Origin: Firmicutes bacterium UBA4882
GTDB taxonomy: Bacteria; Bacillota; UBA4882
DNA length: 63,730 nt
Assembly: GCA_002399265.1 (NCBI GenBank)
Contig: DHDG01000031.1
Span: forward strand, 1 to 63,730
Direction of reading: 5' to 3'
Below the pieces are notes generated by a model. It made no database searches, was not told the DNA's origin, and was given only the letters and a program-made list of their open reading frames with translations. How positions within the stretch are numbered: the stretch's first letter is position 1; the number at the start of each line of letters is the position of its first letter. The position numbers were made by a program, and so were the translations under genes. This document shows positions 7,401-15,715 of the stretch, one piece after another.

Positions 7401-9149
7401 GTGGGAAATGTAAACCTGACGATTGACGGGCGCGCTGTTTCTGTTGACAAGGGCAGCACGGTCCTTGAGGCCGCCAGAAAAGCCGGAGTTCGCATCCCAA
7501 CCTTATGTTACTTGGAGAATGTCCAGGCTATCGGCGCTTGTCGGATGTGTATTGTTGAAGTACAGGGGAAGCGCGGGCTGCATGCCTCTTGCGTTTTGCC
7601 CGTAGAAGAAGGTATGGTTGTCAATACTAATACCGCCATGGTGCGTACGGCACGCAAAGCCGTTATGGAGCTCATTCTGAGCAACCATCCGTTTGAATGC
7701 TTAACTTGCGTACGCAACCTGAACTGCGAATTGCAGCGTCTCGCAGAAGAACTTGGTGTCCGCCAGGTGCGCTTCCAGGGGGCTAATCCCGAGACCTGCA
7801 TTGACGACTCCAATCCGTCGGTCATTCGTGATCAAAGAAAGTGTATTCTCTGCAGACGCTGTGTGACAGTCTGTAAAGAAATCCAGGGTGTATCCGCCCT
7901 TGGCATGGTAAACCGCGGATTCGAGACGCGGGTGGCCGCCGCTGGAGACGTTCCTTTGGGCGAGGTCGCCTGTGCGCTGTGCGGTCAATGCATCCAGGCT
8001 TGCCCGGTCGGTGCGCTGTATGAGCCCGACAAAACCGGCGAAGTTTGGAGAGCCTTGGCTGATCCGAACAAACATGTTGTCGTTCAGCCTGCGCCAGCCA
8101 TCAGAGTGGCCCTTGGGGAAGAAGTCGGTATGCCGGTGGGTTCCGTAGTAACCGGCAAGATGGCCACCGCTTTACGTATGATGGGCTTTGATGCCATTTT
8201 TGATACAGACTTTGCGGCAGACTTGACCATCATTGAGGAAGGACACGAGTTGCTGCACAGAATGCAGAACGGCGGCGTACTTCCGATGATCACTTCCTGT
8301 AGCCCGGGCTGGATCAAATTCTGTGAACACTTCTATCCGGATTTGTTGCCGAATCTCTCCACCTGCAAATCCCCGCACGAGATGCTGGGAGCACTGGCGA
8401 AGAGCTATTACGCTGAAAAGATCGGCAAAAAGCCGGAAGATATCTTTGTCGTTTCGATCATGCCCTGTACGGCGAAGAAGTTTGAAGTCGAGCGTCCCGA
8501 AATGGCTTCTTCCGGACAGCAGGATGTCGATGTGGTATTAACCACCAGAGAGCTTGGCCGGATGATCCGCGAGGCTGGTATTGATTTCCCCAACCTTGAG
8601 GATGGCGAATTTGATGCCCCGCTGGGCATCTCGACAGGAGCGGCCCTCATTTTCGGTGCCAGCGGCGGTGTCATGGAAGCTGCGCTGCGTACCGTTTACG
8701 AAGTCGTGGCGAAAGAACCACTCGCCAACATCGATTTCTGTGACGTCCGTGGCCTGGAAGGCGTTAAAGAAGCGACCGTAGACATCAAGGGTACCAAAGT
8801 TCGGGTAGCTGTCACGAACGGCCTGGCCAATGCCAGAAAAGTACTGGATGCCATTAAAGACGGCACTGGCAAATGGGATTTCATTGAAATCATGGCTTGC
8901 CCCGGCGGCTGTATTGGTGGCGGTGGACAACCGCAACCGACCAATGCCGAGGTACGTAAGCTCCGGATGGAAGCAACCTATCGTGCGGATTGCGACATGC
9001 CGATTCGCAAATCCCATGAGAATCCGGGCATCAAGAAGCTGTATGATGAATTCCTCATAGAGCCGCTTGGCGAAAAATCGCATCATCTGCTGCACACGCA
9101 CTACTGTGAGCGTGGCAAATACCAAGAGGAAAATAAGTGCTGTAAGTAA
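7401..9149 (+). CDS. hydA: [FeFe]-hydrogenase catalytic subunit (group A multimeric type)
   Basis: N-terminal 2Fe-2S, HPFECLTCVRNLNC and 2x[4Fe-4S] motifs. The H-cluster motifs are TSCSPGW (variant), MPCTAKKFE and MACPGGCIGGGGQP. Confidence 0.93.
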   Translation: MGNVNLTIDGRAVSVDKGSTVLEAARKAGVRIPTLCYLENVQAIGACRMCIVEVQGKRGLHASCVLPVEEGMVVNTNTAMVRTARKAVMELILSNHPFECLTCVRNLNCELQRLAEELGVRQVRFQGANPETCIDDSNPSVIRDQRKCILCRRCVTVCKEIQGVSALGMVNRGFETRVAAAGDVPLGEVACALCGQCIQACPVGALYEPDKTGEVWRALADPNKHVVVQPAPAIRVALGEEVGMPVGSVVTGKMATALRMMGFDAIFDTDFAADLTIIEEGHELLHRMQNGGVLPMITSCSPGWIKFCEHFYPDLLPNLSTCKSPHEMLGALAKSYYAEKIGKKPEDIFVVSIMPCTAKKFEVERPEMASSGQQDVDVVLTTRELGRMIREAGIDFPNLEDGEFDAPLGISTGAALIFGASGGVMEAALRTVYEVVAKEPLANIDFCDVRGLEGVKEATVDIKGTKVRVAVTNGLANARKVLDAIKDGTGKWDFIEIMACPGGCIGGGGQPQPTNAEVRKLRMEATYRADCDMPIRKSHENPGIKKLYDEFLIEPLGEKSHHLLHTHYCERGKYQEENKCCK

Positions 9150-9151
9150 TC

Positions 9152-9184
9152 AAAAAGGGGCTGTCTGCCGGACAGCCCCTTTTC
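9152..9184 (+). terminator. Intrinsic terminator of the hyd operon
   Basis: GGGGCTGTC, loop tgccg, GACAGCCCC, then TTTT. Confidence 0.85.
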
Positions 9185-9424
9185 CGATGTTGACCGTGAC
9201 CGTCGTTTCAAATGCCTGCCATCGCCTAGTACGAAATGCCATCAGTTGAGAAGGAACCGCGCTGCAGTTGTTGAAATATATAATGGTTTATAATAAGTTG
9301 GTCTTATCTTTTTGTATAGGTTATCCAAAGAGTCAGAATCCGAAGGGAGGGCAAAACCGTTCGTTAGAGGAGCATAGTTCAGTAACAGACGAAGTTGAGA
9401 TCACCCGCGAGGAGTGAATTTTTG

Positions 9425-10618
9425 ATGAGTGTACCACAGTTTTCGACCCGCATTATGAACACATCTGGAAACGTCATCAGAGAAGTGCTGAAATTAGCAG
9501 AGCAATCCCATATCATTTCTTTCGCAGGCGGTTTTCCGTCTCCTAATTCTTTTCCCGTTACTCAGGTCAATGAAATTATTAACGAATTATTGCAAAAAAG
9601 CGGTCCGGAAATCCTGCAATATGGTTCCAGTGAGGGTTTCCCCGCATTTCGTGAATACCTGGCTGCGTGGCTGACCGGGCAGGGCATTACCGCCACCCCG
9701 GACGAGGTATTGATCACCTCTGGTGCGCAGCAGGTTATTGACTATATGGCCAAAGCATTCCTGAACCCCGGTGACGGCGTCATAGTTGAAAACCCGACTT
9801 ATCTCGCCGCCCTGAACGTATTTAAGAGCTATGAAGCCGAAATTATTCCGATTAACGGTGACGCTAACGGCGTAAATCTCGTGGAACTAGAGAAAGCGGC
9901 CGCTTCCGGAAAAGCGAAGATGGTTTATCTCGTTCCGACATTCGCGAACCCGACCGGGGTCACCACTCCGGTTGAAAGCCGCAAAAAAATTGTTGAAATC
10001 CTCGATAAATACGGGCTGATTATGCTGGAGGATGATCCTTACAGTCGTTTGCGCTATAGTGGTAATCCGCTCCCGGCTGTCAAGTCTTTCGACAAAACTG
10101 GGAATGTGGTCTATACCTCCAGTTTCTCGAAGCTTATCTCTCCGGGCATGCGGGTTGGCTATGTCACTGCCCGTCATGACATCCTGCGCAAACTGGTGCT
10201 TGGCAAACAGTGTACGGACGTACATACCAATAATATCGGCCAGCGCGTGGTGTTCGAGTTCTGCCGTCGCGGCATCCTGGAACCTCATATTGAGAAGATT
10301 ATCGCACAATACAAAAAACAACGGGATTTAATGCTGGATATGTGTAAGCAGCATTTGCCTGCGGAGACGACCTGGAATGTTCCGGAGGGCGGTCTGTTCC
10401 TATGGCTTACTTTGCCAGGTGGAATTAATACCACCGATTTGCTGCCGATCGCCATTGAGCGTGAGAAAGTGGCCTTCATCCCCGGCAAACCGTTCTTTGC
10501 TGACGGCTCCGGCGAGAATTCCATGCGTCTGAATTTCAGTAACGCCAGTCCGGAGGGAATTGCGGAAGGTATGAAACGGCTGGGCGGCGTAATCAAAGAA
10601 ATCCTGAAGAACAAGTAG
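9425..10618 (+). CDS. PLP-dependent aminotransferase, class I/II fold (2-aminoadipate/MocR-type catalytic domain without an HTH)
   Basis: Motifs FAGGFPSP, NPTY, PTFANPTG and SFSKLISPGMRVGY (PLP lysine). ATG 9425 is in frame with the longer ORF from 9395. Confidence 0.85.
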   Translation: MSVPQFSTRIMNTSGNVIREVLKLAEQSHIISFAGGFPSPNSFPVTQVNEIINELLQKSGPEILQYGSSEGFPAFREYLAAWLTGQGITATPDEVLITSGAQQVIDYMAKAFLNPGDGVIVENPTYLAALNVFKSYEAEIIPINGDANGVNLVELEKAAASGKAKMVYLVPTFANPTGVTTPVESRKKIVEILDKYGLIMLEDDPYSRLRYSGNPLPAVKSFDKTGNVVYTSSFSKLISPGMRVGYVTARHDILRKLVLGKQCTDVHTNNIGQRVVFEFCRRGILEPHIEKIIAQYKKQRDLMLDMCKQHLPAETTWNVPEGGLFLWLTLPGGINTTDLLPIAIEREKVAFIPGKPFFADGSGENSMRLNFSNASPEGIAEGMKRLGGVIKEILKNK

Positions 10619-10630
10619 AAGAACAGATAA

Positions 10631-10683
10631 CAGGCAACGGAGTTGCCTGCGTCGGAGAACGCCCTTTCAGGAGGGCGTTCTCT
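10631..10683 (+). terminator. Two tandem hairpins; possible terminator without a clear U-tract
   Basis: The first is CAGGCAAC-gga-GTTGCCTG. The second is GAGAACGCCCT-loop-AGGGCGTTCTC. Confidence 0.35.
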
Positions 10684-10731
10684 ACCATAGAGCTTCAAAA
10701 CATCACTTTGTCTGTATAGGAGATCAAAACA

Positions 10732-12093
10732 ATGTTCACAATCAAAGAGTTTCTGCGCAGCGAGGTAAAGCCGGCCCTGGGATGTACTGAGCCAGGCGCT
10801 GTTGCCCTGGCTGTTGCACGTGCTTGTGAAGAACTGCAAGACCGCTCCGCGATCGATTCGATTACGGTTAAAGTCAGTGATTCAATTTATAAGAACGGTA
10901 TGGCGGTTGGCATTCCCGGCGCTTATGGTGCCAAAGGAAATGCGGTGGCCGCCGCCTTAGCTGCGCTATGCGGCAAATCAAGCTTTGGATTGGAGGCCCT
11001 CAAAGATTGTCGGCCGGAACTGGTACCACTAGCAGAGGCCATGGTCAGCAAAGGTCAGGTTCGTATCATGCGCTGTGCCGATTTGGAAGGGCTGTTAATT
11101 GACGCAACGGTCCAGTCAAAAATAGAAGAGGCCTGCTGTGTAATTATCGGAGGGCATACTAATATTGTTAAGGTCGAATACTGTGGCAAAGTTCTTTTTG
11201 AGTCTGATAACGTCCATCGAAACGCCAGTGCCACTGCTGCCACTAATAATTCCGCTGCTACTGACAACACCGCTGCTGCCGGCGCATCGCCCGATGCCAT
11301 TTATCAACAGATGATCGGCAGTTATTTCATGGATATATTATCTCTGGCTGACAAAATTGACGAGGAAGACATCGCGCATTTGCTGAGCGGTGTGACAATG
11401 AACCGCAAAATGGCAGACTACGGTGTCTCGGATGCATTTACCGGCGGCATTGGGTTCGGCAAAAAGCTGAAAGACCTGATAGCTCGGGGGATTGTGGCCG
11501 ATGACGTTATTAATCAGGCGAAGTATCTTTGTTATGCTGCTGCCGATGCCAGGATGGCCGGAGCTGCCTATCCCATCATGAGTAGCGCGGGCAGTGGCAA
11601 TCATGGCATTGTCGCAATTCTGCCGGTGGCGATCGCTGCCGAACAGGCTGGCAAAAGCACGCGTGCCATGGCGGTAGCACTGGCAACCAGCCATGTAGTC
11701 ACCGGATTTGTTAAGAGCAAGCTGGGCCGCCTTTCGCCGGTCTGCGGTTGCACCGTGGCGGCTGGATCCGGCGCCGCCGCAGGTCTAGTGCGTCTGTTTG
11801 GCGGAACAAACACGCAGATCGAGTTGGCGGTTAAGACGGTTCTTAGTTCCTTGGCAGGCATGGTTTGCGACGGCGCGAAAGGAAGCTGTTCTCTAAAAGT
11901 AGGCAATGCGGCCGGAGAAGCTTTTATGGCGTCCTATTTTGCGCTGGAGGGATTAGGGATTAGTACCTCCCAGGGAATCATTGACGCCTGTATTGAAAAG
12001 ACGACCGATAATGTCGGCGTGCTAAATCGGGAAGGCATGGGCATGGTTGATAAGGTTCTGATTGGTATCATGGAGCAGCGCAGCCCCGCCTGA
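10732..12093 (+). CDS. L-cysteine desulfidase / UPF0597 (serine dehydratase alpha-like) family protein
   Basis: N-terminal sequence FLRSEVKPALGCTEPGAVALAVA, plus SAGSGNHG and CDGAKGSCSLK motifs. Confidence 0.8.
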   Translation: MFTIKEFLRSEVKPALGCTEPGAVALAVARACEELQDRSAIDSITVKVSDSIYKNGMAVGIPGAYGAKGNAVAAALAALCGKSSFGLEALKDCRPELVPLAEAMVSKGQVRIMRCADLEGLLIDATVQSKIEEACCVIIGGHTNIVKVEYCGKVLFESDNVHRNASATAATNNSAATDNTAAAGASPDAIYQQMIGSYFMDILSLADKIDEEDIAHLLSGVTMNRKMADYGVSDAFTGGIGFGKKLKDLIARGIVADDVINQAKYLCYAAADARMAGAAYPIMSSAGSGNHGIVAILPVAIAAEQAGKSTRAMAVALATSHVVTGFVKSKLGRLSPVCGCTVAAGSGAAAGLVRLFGGTNTQIELAVKTVLSSLAGMVCDGAKGSCSLKVGNAAGEAFMASYFALEGLGISTSQGIIDACIEKTTDNVGVLNREGMGMVDKVLIGIMEQRSPA

Positions 12094-14712
12094 TGCCAGT
12101 GTAGGAGCGCAGCCAAATTCAGCAAGCACGTCCAGAACAGTCATCATATTTTCATAAAATATGATGACTAATGCTTTTGCGGGGCATGTTGACAGCGCAT
12201 GACGTACTGCTTGTCCTTCATCGGCAATGATTTCGACACCATTGCGCGATCTGGCTGACATGGCTCCCTCAAACACCAAGTTGGCCGTTGCGCCGTCTTT
12301 ACGCCCGCGGCGGTCTGCATCTTCCTTAATAATCAAGTGATCACATCGTGTTCCAGCAACGATCCCAACCCTGCGGATCGTTTCATCAGAGCGGTCGCCT
12401 GGCACTGCCACCACCGCCCATAAGGAGGAGTGCGGTATTCTGTCGGCCGCTTCCAGGGCAACCGCGATCGCAGCCGGGTTATGCCCATAATCGACAATAA
12501 CATTACAGTGATCATTACTGTAGCTATTGAAGCGGCCAGGATTGTGGTCAGCATCATTGCTAAAAGCCACCATCGCTTTTTCGACCGCTACCGGATTAAT
12601 CCCGGCGGCAATGGCGGCTACCGCTGCTGCCAGGAGGTTTTGGATGTTGTGCAGGATCATTCCGCCATTTGTAGCTGGCAGCAACGTCACATTAAGATGC
12701 AGCAGATTTTCATAGCCACGTTGAACGCACAGATAGCTATTATCCGGATGACTGTTATCCAAATAGCCACAAAGATGATTTTCGTTAAGATTCTGCCTGA
12801 TTAAAACGTTGTCCCGGCTAAGTGAAAAGTAAGCCGGCAAAGCTGGTGCTCTTTTGGCTAGTCCCGCAACCAGCGGATCATCGGCATTTAAGACCACACA
12901 TCCATCAGGCAACACCCGCTCAGCTACAAGCGCTTTTAGATGAGCCAGGTCAGCCAGTGTCATAATGCCCTCACTGCCAAGGTGATCTTCGCTAATATTA
13001 GTGATGACCGCTACTTTGGCATAATCGTAGCCTAGTCCGCTATTTAGGATCCCGCCGCGGGCGACTTCCAGCACCGCAGCTTCTGTAGCGGGATCTCGCA
13101 AAATCATGGCGGCGCCACCCGGTCCGGCATAGTCTCCTTGTGCCAGCAGGCTGCCCCCCAAAAAGACGCCATCGGTAGAGCAGTAACCAGCGTTATATCC
13201 TGCTGCGGTAAAGGCAGCGGTAATGAGCCGCGTTACAGTGGTTTTGCCATTAGTACCGGTAACAGCCACCAGGGGAATGCGTCCAGGTTCCGGCAGCTCA
13301 AACAAATAGTCGACAATTTCCTTGCCGACATCGCGCTGCTGACCTTCGGCAGGGAAGAGATGCATCCGCAGCCCAGGTGCGGCGTTGATTTCGATCAATG
13401 TCATATTCTGGCCATTCGGCTTGCTGATATCTTCCGCAATCAAGTCGACACCGGCAATGTCCAGTCCGACGAGGCGCGCTGCCCGTATACAGGCCGCTGC
13501 CACTGATGGATGCACAGTATCAGTGACATCAATTGCCGTTCCGCCAATGCTCAGATTGGCGTGCCAGCGCAAAAAGGCTTTTTCGCCCGTTTTCAGCAGC
13601 GAATCAAAGGACAGATGCTGCTTTTGCAGGGTATCAGCCACTTTGCGATCTACTTTTATTTTGGTGAGCGGCTTTTCATGGTCAATACCCCGGCGCGGAT
13701 CCGCATTGATTTCTTCGATCAATTCCGCGATCGTATGCATTCCGTCGCCAAAGGCACAAGGTGGCTTCCTTTCAGATGCTGCGGCTACTTTGCCGTTGAC
13801 GATCACCAGGCGATAGTCTTTGCCGCAAATGTGCTTTTCGACCAAGATCCGCTTTGATAATTGCCGGGCAGCTTTATAAGCTGCCATAACTTCCGCCTTG
13901 TTTTCCAGGAACAGGCTGACGCCTTTGCCCTTGCAGCCATCAGCCGGTTTGACGACTACCGGATAACCGATCTGATCGGCGGCGCGATATGCTTCCGGCA
14001 GTGAACTGACGCAGCATCCTGGCGCAACAGGGAGCCCGGCTTTGGCCAACATCGCTTTGGTGAGTTCTTTATCAGTGGCGATATCAGCCGCAATTCCGGA
14101 AGTCAGAGAAGTTTCTGCTGCCTGAATCCGTTGAGCCCTGCAACCATATCCCAGTTGATAAAGCAGGGGGCTATCCAGCGCAATAACGGGTATATTCCTA
14201 TCGGCAGCCGCTCTAAGAATGGCGGCCGAGCTGGGTCCCGGTTCAATTTCAGCCACCAGCTTCCGGAGCTTCTCCAGTTGATCGGTCAAGCAGGTTTTTT
14301 GGCCGCGAGCCAGACGGCGGACAGTCGCTACCGCCAAAGCAGCGACTTCCGGAGCGGTCTGCGCGTCCGAACAGTTGAACACGATGCGGTAGAGTCCTTT
14401 TTCATTGAGTGCCCGCGTCGTTCCATAGGCGACCTTAATGCCCACACTGTTATAGATCTCCAGCGCGACATGTTCCACGACATGCCCCAAATAGGTGCCG
14501 CTTTCCAGACGCTCGATAAACCCTCCGGGATGCCCCGGAGAACAAGTATGCTCGGCCAATCCCGGCAAAAGGGCGATCAGATTGTCTTTCAAATTACTGA
14601 TACGGTCGGAAGTCTGATTAGCCATGGCGCCTAAATCAAGGTCAATAATCTGCACCGGCCGGTGACTATAGTAATTGGGACCCATAATTGTCCGCATGGC
14701 GGCGATGTGCAA
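12022..14712 (-). CDS. cphA: Cyanophycin synthetase
   Basis: N-terminal GPNYYSHRPV, an ATP-grasp core, and a Mur-ligase-like VTGTNGKTT module. The TTG start lies 5 nt after the SD GAGGAGGG. Confidence 0.93.
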   Translation of the reverse strand: MHIAAMRTIMGPNYYSHRPVQIIDLDLGAMANQTSDRISNLKDNLIALLPGLAEHTCSPGHPGGFIERLESGTYLGHVVEHVALEIYNSVGIKVAYGTTRALNEKGLYRIVFNCSDAQTAPEVAALAVATVRRLARGQKTCLTDQLEKLRKLVAEIEPGPSSAAILRAAADRNIPVIALDSPLLYQLGYGCRAQRIQAAETSLTSGIAADIATDKELTKAMLAKAGLPVAPGCCVSSLPEAYRAADQIGYPVVVKPADGCKGKGVSLFLENKAEVMAAYKAARQLSKRILVEKHICGKDYRLVIVNGKVAAASERKPPCAFGDGMHTIAELIEEINADPRRGIDHEKPLTKIKVDRKVADTLQKQHLSFDSLLKTGEKAFLRWHANLSIGGTAIDVTDTVHPSVAAACIRAARLVGLDIAGVDLIAEDISKPNGQNMTLIEINAAPGLRMHLFPAEGQQRDVGKEIVDYLFELPEPGRIPLVAVTGTNGKTTVTRLITAAFTAAGYNAGYCSTDGVFLGGSLLAQGDYAGPGGAAMILRDPATEAAVLEVARGGILNSGLGYDYAKVAVITNISEDHLGSEGIMTLADLAHLKALVAERVLPDGCVVLNADDPLVAGLAKRAPALPAYFSLSRDNVLIRQNLNENHLCGYLDNSHPDNSYLCVQRGYENLLHLNVTLLPATNGGMILHNIQNLLAAAVAAIAAGINPVAVEKAMVAFSNDADHNPGRFNSYSNDHCNVIVDYGHNPAAIAVALEAADRIPHSSLWAVVAVPGDRSDETIRRVGIVAGTRCDHLIIKEDADRRGRKDGATANLVFEGAMSARSRNGVEIIADEGQAVRHALSTCPAKALVIIFYENMMTVLDVLAEFGCAPTLASGGAALLHDTNQNLINHAHAFPI

Positions 14713-15532
14713 AATAACCCTCCTCTTCCGGAAAGATGACGTTGCGCCCGGCTAAGTCATAGCCGTATCCTCTCGGTAGTATGTGCAGCCCGGCACCGAT
14801 TACTGCCAGACTCTGATTTGGTTTGAGTTCTGAAATGTTCGTATGAACCATCGGACGTCCATCGATAATGGTAGCAGTTTGAGAACCGATCACACTCAGC
14901 ACGCCCTCTGGCTGAATCCAGATCGCCGTGTCTTCATCAATCCCGATCCCCAAAACATACGGGTTTTGTGATACCGCCAGCATCAGGCGGCCAATGCGCC
15001 CTCTCTGAGCAAAATGCTGATCAATGACCACTTCGCGCAATAGGCCTAATCCCGGAGCCATTTTTAGCGTACACTTTTTGGGGGTTTCGTCATCCTGGCC
15101 CTCCACGATCATTAGATCTGACATTGCCGAAGCTCCGGCGCTAGTTCCGGCTACTACAATTCCTGCCCGGTATTTTTGAAACAAGGTTTCTTCCAAGGGA
15201 GTGCCGCCCAGTATGCTGGTAATACGCAGCTGATCCCCGCCCGTAAAAAACACTCCGGTAGAGTGTGCAATTTTTTCGCAATTGGCGGGAGCGTGCGCTT
15301 CAGCCCGGTTTTGAACGCGGCAAGCGGAGACGTGGGAGCATCCTAATCTCCCAAAAACATCCAAGTATTGAGCACCTGTTTCTTCTGGCAAAGCAGTAGC
15401 AGTGGTCATGATCACAATCCTGGCATCTGATCCGCCTGCGAGGTTAATAAAGGCTTTTAAAATGGTGCATTCGTTTTCTTTATCTTCAGCACCGCCGATA
15501 ATCACGAGATTCCCTGCGACTTTCCCGCCCAT
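14666..15532 (-). CDS. cphB: Cyanophycinase (peptidase S51)
   Basis: Motifs LVIIGGAEDKE, FFTGGDQ and AGTSAGASAM (nucleophile Ser). SD GGGAGG upstream. Confidence 0.92.
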   Translation of the reverse strand: MGGKVAGNLVIIGGAEDKENECTILKAFINLAGGSDARIVIMTTATALPEETGAQYLDVFGRLGCSHVSACRVQNRAEAHAPANCEKIAHSTGVFFTGGDQLRITSILGGTPLEETLFQKYRAGIVVAGTSAGASAMSDLMIVEGQDDETPKKCTLKMAPGLGLLREVVIDQHFAQRGRIGRLMLAVSQNPYVLGIGIDEDTAIWIQPEGVLSVIGSQTATIIDGRPMVHTNISELKPNQSLAVIGAGLHILPRGYGYDLAGRNVIFPEEEGYFAHRRHADNYGSQLL

Positions 15533-15640
15533 AACTGCCTCCCAATCTGCGCATCACTTGCAGAGCTATTTTGGGATATTTTTTGTTCAATTATACAAAT
15601 TCAGGATTCTAAAGCGCTAAATTAGCAGGGAACGTCAACC

Positions 15641-15671
15641 GAGTGTCGAACATAAAATGAGTGTCAAACAT
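15641..15671. promoter_or_regulatory. Direct repeat GAGTGTCGAACAT / GAGTGTCAAACAT (5-nt spacer) in the cphB / GGDEF-STAND divergent region
   Basis: 12 of 13 positions are identical. A third half-like GTCAAC lies just upstream. Confidence 0.5.
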
Positions 15672-15715
15672 TGAAATAGTTTATTATCTAATCCGATTGA
15701 TTTGGGGGTGTTAAA

